Positions 22,146-31,912 of a stretch of DNA of 64,000 bases are shown piece after piece. Origin of the DNA: an uncultured Nitrospiraceae bacterium (GTDB lineage Bacteria > Nitrospirota > Nitrospiria > Nitrospirales > Nitrospiraceae); the NCBI GenBank assembly GCA_963706325.1, contig CAVPLT010000004.1, positions 384,001-448,000 of the forward strand. Direction: 5' to 3'. Positions within the stretch are counted from its first letter, which is position 1. Every line of letters begins with the position of its first letter. The notes below the pieces were generated by a model. It did not search any database, was not told the DNA's origin, and saw nothing but the letters and a program-made list of their open reading frames with translations. Position numbers and translations under genes: made by a program.

Positions 22146-22267
22146 CAGGATGCTGACAAAGTTCGCCAGTAGCGTTTTCGTCTCGTTCAGAACCTCAACG
22201 TACCGAAGGTACGCTTCGGCCCTTCACTCCCTGCGGCCTTACTGGACGGACTTTCTGAGCATCCTGC
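22145..22267. repeat. REP/MITE-like element with imperfect terminal inverted repeats
   Basis: GCAGGATGCTgacAAAGTtCG-CCAGT matches the reverse complement of ACTGGACGGACTTTCTGAGCATCCTGC; central palindrome CGTACC-gaa-GGTACG at 22199-22213. Confidence 0.75.
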
Positions 22268-22374
22268 GTGGGTGTCCCCATGTTGTCACACACATGCGGA
22301 ATATGGAATTCCCAACTGTCACAAATGTTTGTGTTGCATGCGACTGGGACGCCAAAACCCAGTCGTCAGGATGA

Positions 22375-22923
22375 ATGGCCTCTGCCTTTTCGCATGCTCT
22401 CGTGGCAGTGGCCATGGGGAAACTTTCGCGCCATCCTGTCATGGACCGCCGTGCCCTGTTGGTGGGCGCCCTCTGCGCAGTTCTGCCGGATATCGACGTG
22501 GTCGGATTCGGTTACGGCGTTCAATACGGAGATCTGTGGGGACATCGCGGACTGACCCATTCCCTGGTCTTTGCCGCGCTGTTGAGCGGGGCGCTTGTCG
22601 CTGTGTGGTATCGGCAAAGGGCCGCGAAGGTCAAGGCGATGCTGTGTCTGTATTTCTTTCTCGCCACGGCTTCACATGGCCTGTTGGATGCTCTGACGAA
22701 TGGAGGGTTGGGCGTGGCCTTCCTCTCTCCGTTTGATACAACAAGGTATTTCTTCGGCTTTCGACCGGTCGCCGTTTCTCCGATCGGTGTCAGCGAATTC
22801 TTCACCGCCTATGGTGCGCAGGTCTTAGCCAGCGAGGCGCTCTGGATCTGGCTGCCGTTAGCTGCGTTATTCCTGTCCGTTCGTCTGCTCCAACGTATGA
22901 GGCTCGGTCATCCAGTCGAATAG
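22375..22923 (+). CDS. YdjM-like inner membrane metal-dependent hydrolase
   Basis: SH, LPDID, HRGLTHS, SHGLLDALT motifs. Confidence 0.9.
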   Translation: MASAFSHALVAVAMGKLSRHPVMDRRALLVGALCAVLPDIDVVGFGYGVQYGDLWGHRGLTHSLVFAALLSGALVAVWYRQRAAKVKAMLCLYFFLATASHGLLDALTNGGLGVAFLSPFDTTRYFFGFRPVAVSPIGVSEFFTAYGAQVLASEALWIWLPLAALFLSVRLLQRMRLGHPVE

Positions 22924-23155
22924 CTCTCCGTCTTAGTAAGGGACAGTGTCGATGCCCCCGCCTCAAGTCAGAGGTCGGCTCGGTGCGGAGCCTCGATGGA
23001 GCAAGCTCTCGAGTTGACTCAATGAGGCTGAGGATACCGCATTCGTTCTTCGGGGCAGATTCTGAGGCTCAACTGTCCCATGAACCGCTTGAGGTCTCCT
23101 CCGAACTGCACCGCATATTGTGTACATTCGAGATGATCTTTTATGGTGACGGTAT

Positions 23156-23599
23156 CTATTTCTGCGTCGTTTCAAGCCGTAGGCGTTCCGCTGACCATGT
23201 AACACCTGCGAGCGGTTCATTGCGCCGGTCCACTGCTTGAATGGCAACCGTCACACTTTGCGCGTTTGCAAGTTGAGTCGTGAGGAGCTTCAGTGCTTGT
23301 GTGACGTCGATGAGTAGGGTGGGCAGGCGTCGTGGTCCCGACATGGTCGGTCGTACCGCCACGATACCTGCCGAGCCCAGGACCAGAATCTGTTGCTCCT
23401 CCGTAATGGTCGTCACGCGAAGCTTGAGTGGTCGATCTCCCGGCACGGTCACCCCTTCGAGCACCAGCCGAATTCCGGTCGCGTGCTGCCATTGTGCCGG
23501 CAGCGCGACGGTGAAGTGATGTTTCTCCTCGTCCGCATGGCTCGGCATGGAAAGACTCGTTATGAAACTCAACACCAGGAAAACCACTCGCCTCGTCAT
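23156..23599 (-). CDS. Exported hypothetical protein resembling a PPO C-terminal domain
   Basis: Sec signal peptide; ATGA overlap with the tyrosinase stop; LVLEGV...LGS...IDVT pattern. Confidence 0.75.
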   Translation of the reverse strand: MTRRVVFLVLSFITSLSMPSHADEEKHHFTVALPAQWQHATGIRLVLEGVTVPGDRPLKLRVTTITEEQQILVLGSAGIVAVRPTMSGPRRLPTLLIDVTQALKLLTTQLANAQSVTVAIQAVDRRNEPLAGVTWSAERLRLETTQK

Positions 23600-25032
23600 T
23601 TGTCCTCTCGTTCGACCTCCGCAATCGTGAGGTGGACGTCCTTTGCCCGTACAGGGATCACCGTTGGATTCTGATTCTTGTCCTTTCGTTCCACGAAGGC
23701 AAGCCGCACAGGACCCTGAGCACCGCTGAGCGCATCGAGCATCGGACGAGACAGATTGACGGCCATGTTGCGGGCCTGCTTGGATGTATGCCTTCCCGCA
23801 CGATCATTGAGAACGACTGGGAATGTGCCGAGGTATCCCTTGCCGCTTGGGCCTTCGTCGGCCTTGGCGGTTTCCGGCGTGGCGTATAACCGATAGACCA
23901 CACTTTTATCCAGCGGTAACGAGAGGTCGGTCAGGTGCAACCTGGCCCGTCCCCCCTGTTCGAGGATTCTGGAAATTTTTTCACGCGTCTGGCGAACCAC
24001 CTTGAGCGTTTTACTGACACGCCAATCGGTGCGAATGACCAACCAGTCGAGGAGGCAAGGCAGCAGTTCAAAAAACCGGGATGGTCCGTAGGTGTACCGT
24101 AACTGATGTTCGTGGTTGAGCACCTGCGCCGCCGTTATCGAGCGCCAAACTTTGTTCTCGTCGTAAAAGGTCCATGTGAGATTGAGGAAGGCGGGGTCGG
24201 TTGAATTCGTGTGGGTGGACGAGGCTTTGTTCCAGTCCGACCAGATCTTGTCCACGTTGGAATGGTGCGCGTAAAAGATGGGATCTTTGCCTGCCGAATC
24301 GAAGAATCCCATGTCGCCGCCCACGTCGACGTGTACCGACCCGTGCGGCGCTCCTTCAGGGATGCCGCTGCCTCCTGCCGTCCCGCCGAATTCAGCGAAG
24401 GTTCCGGCCGTGAGCGCGGCGTCCATCACTGAATCTCCGACATCCTCGTCTGGAATTTCGTCCGTCGGGCTCATGAGCCGCGTTCCGTTCCAAAGCGGGT
24501 TGCTGTTGTCGTTCGGCGACGTGTAACCGGCCGGCATGGTGCGGTGAGCAGGGCTATCCCAATCCCAGTAGGGGAGCCGGAAGTTCATGTCGCCGATGAG
24601 TTTGCCGAGAATGCGCTCGTGAAAATATAGATAGGCCCGGTGCCAGGCGAAAAACTGCCAGGAGAAATGCACCTGGGTACCTTCACCGCAATACCAACAA
24701 TGGATGTTCGCCTGGCGTTTGAATCCTCGCGGATCGCCGGGATCACTCGTATCCAGTGCCCGCATGGCCTGATAAGCTTCTTTTAGTTTCTTGAGTTCAT
24801 CCGCACTGAGGGTTGAGGCGGGGCGCCGGGGAAGGATCATGCGGCAATCCTTGCGCCAGCGTTTGGCGGTCCCAGGGTTGCCTGGCGGTTCGCACACAGC
24901 CAGGGCGGATTGAGGCCACGTCAGCCCGCCGAACAGGCCGAAGCTGAGCGCCCCGGCACCCAACCCGAGTTGCTGAAGAAACCTCCTGCGCGAAGGCAGG
25001 GGTGTGATTGCGCTCTCTTCACGTCCAGACAT
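23596..25032 (-). CDS. Tat-exported tyrosinase/polyphenol oxidase (type-3 copper)
   Basis: SRRRFL Tat signal; CuA HCWYC/QVH/WHR; LPYWDW; CuB PHGSVH and DPIFYAHHSNVD. Confidence 0.93.
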   Translation of the reverse strand: MSGREESAITPLPSRRRFLQQLGLGAGALSFGLFGGLTWPQSALAVCEPPGNPGTAKRWRKDCRMILPRRPASTLSADELKKLKEAYQAMRALDTSDPGDPRGFKRQANIHCWYCGEGTQVHFSWQFFAWHRAYLYFHERILGKLIGDMNFRLPYWDWDSPAHRTMPAGYTSPNDNSNPLWNGTRLMSPTDEIPDEDVGDSVMDAALTAGTFAEFGGTAGGSGIPEGAPHGSVHVDVGGDMGFFDSAGKDPIFYAHHSNVDKIWSDWNKASSTHTNSTDPAFLNLTWTFYDENKVWRSITAAQVLNHEHQLRYTYGPSRFFELLPCLLDWLVIRTDWRVSKTLKVVRQTREKISRILEQGGRARLHLTDLSLPLDKSVVYRLYATPETAKADEGPSGKGYLGTFPVVLNDRAGRHTSKQARNMAVNLSRPMLDALSGAQGPVRLAFVERKDKNQNPTVIPVRAKDVHLTIAEVEREDK

Positions 25033-25344
25033 GATCTACCTCCTCTATTGTTGGTCCGACCGCTCGTCTCCACTTCAGCATCTGTGACAGCCGATCGTTG
25101 GACTAACCGCGGTTACATCAATAAATATGCCAGGAAGAAAGTGCGAGCAGTCTTTCGTTTCTTTGAAATGGTTACGCCGATAGGCATCAAGATGTGGGGT
25201 AGAGGGAGCGTATCCGATGGGATACGGATGAAGGAAATGGATACATGGTGGTGTTCGCTATGTGCCTCCTCGTCGCAGCTCCATACGTTGACAGTGTCCT
25301 TCCTCAACGTCTAGCGTAACATCGTCATTAAGCCAGGAGAGGGC

Positions 25345-26823
25345 ATGCCCGAATATCTTCCGCCCGGTGTCTTCATTCAAGAGAGCAATCCAGGCGATCA
25401 GCCCATCGGCGGCGTCGCCACGAGTACGGTCGGCTTCTTCGGCATTGCGGAGCGAGGCCCAACGGCGCCGGCTCTCCTCACCAGCTTCAACGAGTATCGC
25501 GGGATGTTCGGCGGTTACGTGCTCGAGGGGAACCAGGATCGCTATTTAGCCTATGCGATCGAGGGCTATTTTCTGAATGGCGGTCGGCGCTGTTACGTCC
25601 GGCGAGTGGTTGCGAATGGAGCCACCGCAGCCGCCACAACCCTCGATGCAAAACTCAAGGTCGCCGCCGTCGGATCTGGGTTATGGGGAAACAGGGTGGC
25701 GGTCGTAATCGCCCCGTCGGCACTCATCCAATGTTTTAGGCTCACGGTGCGTTATTGGGAGCCAGATACACCCTGGTCAGAGGAACCGACAGTGGAGGAA
25801 ATCTACGATAACCTGTCGGCAGACGAAGCCTCGACAGATTTCTACGAAAAGCGAGTCAACGGCGTATCTCGACTCGTGACGATTGAAAGGGCCGGCGTCG
25901 CCGTGCGTCCGGCAGATGTCACCGCAGTCTGGTTAACGGGTGGAAGCGATGGGCAGGCCTACGCCGAAGACGATTTCGAAGCTGCTCTGGATTCTTTTGC
26001 GAAGCTGGAAGACATCGCCATCTTGTGTTGTCCTGAGGAGAGTAGAGTTCCTCGCATCACCGGGGACATGCTGGATCAATGTGAATTTCTGAAGGATCGT
26101 TTCGCCATTCTTCAGGCCCCATTGTTGGTCAGCGATCTCATGGCGCATCGGCCTCCGCGCGATTCACGCTATGGCGCCTACTACCTGCCATGGCTGCGCA
26201 TTCGACATGCCGGTACTGGAACGGAGAAACTGATTCCGCCCGGAGGTCACATTGCGGGCCTTTATGCTCGGACAGACAGGGAGCGAGGAGTGCACAAAGC
26301 CCCCGCCAATGAAACGCCTCGCGGTTTGCTGATAGATCCGCTCGACCCTGCGCGGGGCTTGGCTGGTTTGGTCACTACGGCGCAACAGGAGGGCCTCAAC
26401 TCGCGGGGCGTCAACGTGCTTCGATATTTTCCTGGAAGGGGAATTCTCCTGTGGGGGGCGAGGACGATGGCTTCCGACCCCCAGTGGAAGTATGTGAATG
26501 TTCGCCGTCTGGTCATCTTCATCGAAGCGTCTCTCAAGAAGGGTACGCGCTGGGTGATCTTTGAACCCAACGATGAAGCCTTGTGGAATCGTGCGCGCCA
26601 CAGTGTCAGCAACTTTCTCACGAGGTTGTGGAAAGACGGCATGCTACAGGGGCAGAAGCCGGAACAGGCATTTGTAGTCAAATGTGATCAAACGACGATG
26701 ACGCAAGCAGATCTCGAGAACGGCAGGCTTATCATGGTGATCGGCATCGCTCCGGTAAGGCCGGCTGAATTCGTCATGTTCAGAATCGGGCAGTGGGCGG
26801 GCGGTTCCGAAGTGACTGAGTAG
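25345..26823 (+). CDS. Contractile tail sheath protein (eCIS/phage type)
   Basis: EYLPPGVFIQE, YFLNGG..CYV, GVHKAPAN, WGART, YVNVRRL, VIFEPND, AP.RPAEFV.FRI. Confidence 0.93.
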   Translation: MPEYLPPGVFIQESNPGDQPIGGVATSTVGFFGIAERGPTAPALLTSFNEYRGMFGGYVLEGNQDRYLAYAIEGYFLNGGRRCYVRRVVANGATAAATTLDAKLKVAAVGSGLWGNRVAVVIAPSALIQCFRLTVRYWEPDTPWSEEPTVEEIYDNLSADEASTDFYEKRVNGVSRLVTIERAGVAVRPADVTAVWLTGGSDGQAYAEDDFEAALDSFAKLEDIAILCCPEESRVPRITGDMLDQCEFLKDRFAILQAPLLVSDLMAHRPPRDSRYGAYYLPWLRIRHAGTGTEKLIPPGGHIAGLYARTDRERGVHKAPANETPRGLLIDPLDPARGLAGLVTTAQQEGLNSRGVNVLRYFPGRGILLWGARTMASDPQWKYVNVRRLVIFIEASLKKGTRWVIFEPNDEALWNRARHSVSNFLTRLWKDGMLQGQKPEQAFVVKCDQTTMTQADLENGRLIMVIGIAPVRPAEFVMFRIGQWAGGSEVTE

Positions 26824-27010
26824 TGGTTGACTCAGGCCTCCCCGCAGCGGGGCAGCACCGAGTGTCATGACGCTCCAGACTGTTGCTCTCAAGCGGTAGG
26901 TTGCCTCAAGTCTTGCAATAGCCATGATAGACCACTAGACTTCTTTATCAGGGGCAGCAGTAAGTCCCAGAGTCATTTTTCCCGCTCAGCCAGAATAGAA
27001 AGGAGCCGCT

Positions 27011-27409
27011 ATGGGTTTATTCGGCACAATTTTAGAGAAGCTCGGGTTGAGCAAGTCCACTGCACAGGCTGCACCACAGCCGGCGCCGTCGGCACCCGCT
27101 CCCATGGCGTCGCAGCCCGCAGCTCCCCCGCCTCCCAGGGCGATGGCCGCCGTGGATGTCGTGGCCAAGCTCGAAGGTCTCGCGGCCGCGAACAAAGAAA
27201 AACTCAACTGGAAAACCTCCATCGTGGATCTCCTGAAACTCCTGGGTCTCGACAGCAGTCTTACTGCCCGGAAGGAACTGGCCACCGAATTGAAATGCCC
27301 GACCGAAAAGATGGCTGATTCGGCGCAGATGAATATGTGGTTGCACAAGACCGTGTTGAAAAAGTTGGCCGAGAACGGCGGGAACATTCCAAAGGATCTG
27401 CTAAGTTAG
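27011..27409 (+). CDS. DUF3597-family protein
   Basis: MGLFG.I..K, Ala/Pro linker, LNWKTSIVDLLKLLGLDSSL.ARKELA, SA.MN.WLHK. Confidence 0.85.
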   Translation: MGLFGTILEKLGLSKSTAQAAPQPAPSAPAPMASQPAAPPPPRAMAAVDVVAKLEGLAAANKEKLNWKTSIVDLLKLLGLDSSLTARKELATELKCPTEKMADSAQMNMWLHKTVLKKLAENGGNIPKDLLS

Positions 27410-27517
27410 CCCTAGGGAGATCAGGCAGCGGCTGATCAGAGTCTCGTGGTAGGCGTCGCGGTTCGATCTATTGGCGAGATATGCCGCGGTGCTCCTTCCC
27501 AACCGTTGACCCATCCA

Positions 27518-27982
27518 ATGTTCGACGTCATTCTTTTTCAGCCGGAAATTCCTCCCAACACCGGCAACATCATCCGGCTTTGCGCGAATACCGGCGCCAG
27601 GTTGCATCTTGTCAAACCGCTCGGATTTACGCTGGAGGATAAGCAGCTCCTGCGCGCGGGGCTGGACTATCACGAATTTGCTACGATTACGGCGCACGAA
27701 AGCTGGACTGAGTGTGTTGCAGGCTTGAAAGACTGCCGGCTGTTTGCCGTCTCCACAAAAGGCACGCAACGATACGATCTGGTTGACTACGCGGAGGGTG
27801 ATGCCTTTGTGTTCGGGCCTGAGAGCCGTGGGTTACCCGCCGATATCCTGGGCGGCGTCCCCGCGCAACAGCGAATTCGCGTCCCCATGGTAGCTGGCAG
27901 CCGTAGCCTCAATCTCTCCAATTCAGTTGCCGTGGTGCTCTATGAAGCCTGGCGGCAGCACGAGTTTGGGAAATCCGTGTAA
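27518..27982 (+). CDS. trmL: tRNA (cytidine/uridine-34-2'-O)-methyltransferase
   Basis: QPEIPPNTGNIIRLCA, RAGLDY, FGPESRGLP, RSLNLSN (SPOUT). Confidence 0.96.
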   Translation: MFDVILFQPEIPPNTGNIIRLCANTGARLHLVKPLGFTLEDKQLLRAGLDYHEFATITAHESWTECVAGLKDCRLFAVSTKGTQRYDLVDYAEGDAFVFGPESRGLPADILGGVPAQQRIRVPMVAGSRSLNLSNSVAVVLYEAWRQHEFGKSV

Positions 27983-28240
27983 CAGTGACGCGCACAGTCA
28001 TGGTTCTCTCATTCGACAAGGACTCGCGCAGGGCCGGGCCACGCACTCATTTCTCGGATTCCTCCGGGTTGCCGATGGCACACAACGTCCCGAGTGGATA
28101 CGCGAGGTCATTTCCCGTACACTGACGAATGGGCCGGCGTTGCTTTCCCGTGGGGGGCGGCGACGACTGGCTTGCTCGCGCCGAGCGACGGGCTTCACAC
28201 TTTTATGAGATAGGGTCATCGAGACTCACTGGAGACTGGA

Positions 28241-28696
28241 ATGAACGATCAAGAGAAGCAAACGTCTGTGGGAATTCTCAATCGCATTATGGAACTTGAG
28301 TTAGCCGGTGTGGTGCGTTATACGCATTACGCGCTGATGGTCTATGGGTACAATCGTATTCCGATCGTGTCATGGCTGAAGAGTAATGCCGACGAAAGTC
28401 TGGCTCATGCGCATAAAGCGGGTGAGCTCGTGACGCTGTTGGGTGGTCACCCCTCGCTTAAAATCGGTACGCTATTAGAGACCGAGAAACATGATGTGGG
28501 GGATATTCTGCGGGAAAGTTTGGAGCATGAGAAAGCGGCCGTCGCGTCCTACTACGAACTGCTTAAACTGGCTGAAGGAAAGTCCGTTCTGCTGGAAGAG
28601 TATGCGAGAGAGATGATTGTCGGTGAAGAGCTGCATCTGGACGAGGTCAATAAGATGTTGCGAAAATCGGGCGAGGTTCAGGCCTTTCGGTCCTAA
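28241..28696 (+). CDS. Bacterioferritin-like ferritin-domain protein
   Basis: ELAGVVRY, E..H pairs (DESLAH, EELH), LGGHP. Confidence 0.85.
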   Translation: MNDQEKQTSVGILNRIMELELAGVVRYTHYALMVYGYNRIPIVSWLKSNADESLAHAHKAGELVTLLGGHPSLKIGTLLETEKHDVGDILRESLEHEKAAVASYYELLKLAEGKSVLLEEYAREMIVGEELHLDEVNKMLRKSGEVQAFRS

Positions 28697-28879
28697 GTAT
28701 GACGTGAACCGGACGGCTTTGAGGCACTTGGATTCGTCCGGAGCTGTCCGGGCCATGCCCGCTGATTGGGAGAAGCCCATGCACCAACTTCTGCGCAAGC
28801 TCACCGGGGGTAACCGCCGCTCGATCGGGTGATCGAACGAAGACGGTGAAGGCTCACTTCCACCTCTCACTTCTCCACG

Positions 28880-28936
28880 TTGTTTGATGGCGTCTTTCCC
28901 AACCGGAAATTCCCCCGAATACCGGCAACATCATCC
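28880..28936 (+). pseudogene. Degenerate fragment of the trmL 5' end
   Basis: CAACCGGAAATTCCCCCGAATACCGGCAACATCATC encodes QPEIPPNTGNII, identical in protein to trmL; frameshifted upstream and with no continuation. Confidence 0.75.
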
Positions 28937-29170
28937 CATGGTTCACGGAAGCCGCAGCCTGAATCTCTCCAATAGGGTCGCGATGGTCATCTCTGACGCC
29001 TGGTGCCAGGTCGAGTTTGGATCCGCGACACGTGTGCCGTTTTCTTGACGAGTACGCGCGTGAAGAAGGCGGATGCACATCTGCTTGTCTTGCTCTGTTC
29101 AAGAATAGTCTGGTAGGCTCATACCTTCTGCTGCCAAGAGGCTCAATCCCCAGAACGGAGGAAGACTACC

Positions 29171-29605
29171 ATGGGAGAGGTCGATACAGCCCCGGAAGTT
29201 GCCGCCAAGGTCATCGAAGATCTCACGGCGTTGGAGGTGGATCCGGCCAAATGCGAGCGTCTCTATAAGGCCGCGCTGGTGCAGTCCAAATCAGGCACAA
29301 CCTATCGTATGTTGGCCAAGGTGGCCACGACCGGAAAGGTGGATCTTGTCCACTACGGCTGTGATCTGGATGCAGATGGGAAACCGACGACGAAGTGGAA
29401 GATCAGGCGCATCCTTGAACAAGCTCCTGAACGATTCGACAAAGAGCTTGAGGCCATCAAGAAGGGAGTCACGGACGATGGTGAGGTTGTGCAGGGCGCA
29501 TGGGTGCACGATATGACCGGCCTCCCGGACGTGGCGGCACAGGGCACGAGTTTGGACGAGTGGTCTCGGAATACGATCGCGGAGGTTCGGAAGAAACCGA
29601 GCTAG
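29171..29605 (+). CDS. Conserved hypothetical protein
   Basis: RBS GGAGG, 144 aa, protein-like composition. Confidence 0.75.
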   Translation: MGEVDTAPEVAAKVIEDLTALEVDPAKCERLYKAALVQSKSGTTYRMLAKVATTGKVDLVHYGCDLDADGKPTTKWKIRRILEQAPERFDKELEAIKKGVTDDGEVVQGAWVHDMTGLPDVAAQGTSLDEWSRNTIAEVRKKPS

Positions 29606-29640
29606 CCAATGCCGGGCCGCCACGGCTTTGCGAGTGGCAT

Positions 29641-30933
29641 TCAAAAACTCATGGCCGGAGAGCTTGGTGGCACGGGCGACGAGTCGGTTGCGGTCGCTGG
29701 TGAGGCAGTGATGACGACGGTCAATCGGCGGTGTGCGTCCCGTAGCGACCGTTCCACATCCGCGGGGGTATCCCCTCGTGCCACGAGAAATCCCAGATAA
29801 CGTGTCCCTTCCGGAAGGGGAACCAGTTCATCGCCAGGGTCTGCCGTGATCGTCAGTTCCTCGATTCCCGATACCGCCTTCGCGTCCACTTGCCCCCGCA
29901 CTTCATGCAGCCGGCCGCCGTATGGAATGGGGAGCATCATCACTCCCGCCGCCCGCTCTTGCCTGGTGAGGGGAGGGAGCGGCATCCGCAGCGCGTGGCG
30001 GAGGATCAGCTCTTCAAGCGACATCCCAGCTGCGAAGTCCAGCGTCCGGGAGCAGCGTCCCCCGATCGTTCGTGCCGCCATCTCAATGACCCACACCCCG
30101 TTCTGATTTACCCGAAATTCCCCATGTATCGGTCCTTCTCGGAGGTCGAGGGCCTCAGCTGTTCGACCGGCACAGGCGACAATGTTCTGCTGCACGTCCG
30201 AAGCGAGACGAGACGGAGTTACATAGATCGTCTCCTCGAAGTAGGGGCCGTCGAGCGGATCAGGTTTGTCGAACATCGCCAGAGGCTGGAGCACTCCGTT
30301 GGCGAGTAGTCCCTCCAGCGCGACTTCGATCCCCGGCACAAAATCCTCGACAAGAATCCACCGGGCCTGCTCATCGATTGCCGTCAGATCCAAGGTAACG
30401 AGGAGTGCGCCCACCCGACGGAACGCATGCACAAACTCCTCTTCGTCATTCGCGCGAATCACGCCGCAACTGCCGGAGAGGATCAGCGGCTTCACGACGC
30501 AGGGATAGACCACCTGTCGGGCGAACATCGTCGGATCACCATCGAGAGGGAAAACGGCATGGTGCGGGACGGGAATGCCATGTGCCGACAGCAGCTCGCG
30601 CATCCGGCGCTTATTTCCCGCTGCAGTCACAGACGCGATGGAGTTGTGAGGCAATCCGAGCGCCTCTGCCACGGCCGCGGCGATGACGGCGGTGACATCG
30701 TTCACTCCAATCACCGCATCGATCGGGTGACGCCGAGCAAATTCGACCGTGGCTCGTGCAGCTGCCTGCGGATCTCGAATATCCAACGCTAAGACATTGC
30801 CCGATAAGTCAGGCTGGGCGTCCGACACCCGATCCGTTCCAATAGTCACAGCGACATCAGTGCGGCGGGCTGCCTCGATGAACGCCTCTGCGCGGTAGGT
30901 GCGTGCTGGCAGGAGAAGGAGAACTCTCGACAT
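29641..30933 (-). CDS. ATP-grasp domain protein (L-amino-acid ligase-like)
   Basis: NK..MR..L...GIPVP, YPCVVKP..LSGS.GV, LVEDFVPG.E, HGEFRV, IEMAAR.IGG. Confidence 0.9.
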   Translation of the reverse strand: MSRVLLLLPARTYRAEAFIEAARRTDVAVTIGTDRVSDAQPDLSGNVLALDIRDPQAAARATVEFARRHPIDAVIGVNDVTAVIAAAVAEALGLPHNSIASVTAAGNKRRMRELLSAHGIPVPHHAVFPLDGDPTMFARQVVYPCVVKPLILSGSCGVIRANDEEEFVHAFRRVGALLVTLDLTAIDEQARWILVEDFVPGIEVALEGLLANGVLQPLAMFDKPDPLDGPYFEETIYVTPSRLASDVQQNIVACAGRTAEALDLREGPIHGEFRVNQNGVWVIEMAARTIGGRCSRTLDFAAGMSLEELILRHALRMPLPPLTRQERAAGVMMLPIPYGGRLHEVRGQVDAKAVSGIEELTITADPGDELVPLPEGTRYLGFLVARGDTPADVERSLRDAHRRLTVVITASPATATDSSPVPPSSPAMSF

Positions 30934-30996
30934 AGTTTGCGACACCAGTGAATCGTCCGAAAAAAGAGCATATGGCGTATAGAGACGAACGACGCT

Positions 30997-31698
30997 TCAT
31001 GACCGACGCACGGTTGCCGCGCGTGTCTTATGAAACGCTTCTAACTGATTATTGGCCTCGATGATGATGCCTAATTTTTGCACCACGGCGCGCACCTTGT
31101 CGCCGGGTATGGCGTAATAGCCCTCATCATCTCCGAGTCCGGTATAGACGCGGTTGCCGATACAACCAAAACTGGTGGCCGTTTGTCCCGATTGCAATGA
31201 TTCCGGCAGCACGGCGCAGGTCGGCCGTCCCATCGTCGCGCCACCGCCGGCCACGCCCGCAGACTGTGCGGCCTCCGCCAGCAGCATCAGCTGCTTGACG
31301 GTTCCGCGGACCAATACCACGTCGGGCGCGAAGGTGGCTTTCGTGAGCGGCGCATAGATGGCCACATGAAACGTCTTCTGTCGACGCGGGATCATCGGAA
31401 TATCTGCCATCGTGAGATACTGCATGCCCACCATGGTCTGTACCAGACCGTTGAGCTCCGTTGCGACCTGCGGAGGCAGTTCCACACCATGGGTATGGGC
31501 TCCGACCGGACAGGTATAGTGATCCGAGGCTTCCGTGTAGAAAACCTGTCCCTCAGCCGCCAACTTCCAATAACCGCACCCTGCCGGCGCCGGCGTGGCG
31601 ACGTGCGGAATGCCGACCGGAGCGGCATCCCGAAACGCGATCGCGACGGCCGGTAGTTGTAAACCCAAGAGTTCTTGTATCTGCGTGCCTTGTGTCAT
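30997..31698 (-). CDS. DUF169-family Cys-rich protein
   Basis: PAVAI.F, GC, CPVG, PDVV, PTC, SFGC.GNR motifs. Confidence 0.85.
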   Translation of the reverse strand: MTQGTQIQELLGLQLPAVAIAFRDAAPVGIPHVATPAPAGCGYWKLAAEGQVFYTEASDHYTCPVGAHTHGVELPPQVATELNGLVQTMVGMQYLTMADIPMIPRRQKTFHVAIYAPLTKATFAPDVVLVRGTVKQLMLLAEAAQSAGVAGGGATMGRPTCAVLPESLQSGQTATSFGCIGNRVYTGLGDDEGYYAIPGDKVRAVVQKLGIIIEANNQLEAFHKTRAATVRRS

Positions 31699-31912
31699 CA
31701 GCTCAACTTCCACCTGTCGTTCCCCCTCTCCACTGTATGTGACTCCATCCGAACGTTGGTTTAGTTTGATGTGCGCAGAGGTCGCTCAAGAGGGCCTGCA
31801 TGAATCGACGTCGAAGGAACTTGCATGCACTCTCCCGCACCGGTCTCCTGAGCACCTCTCGCGCCTCCGTGGAGTGGGAGCAGGGTCGCTGCCTCCTCTG
31901 CCCGGCATCCTG

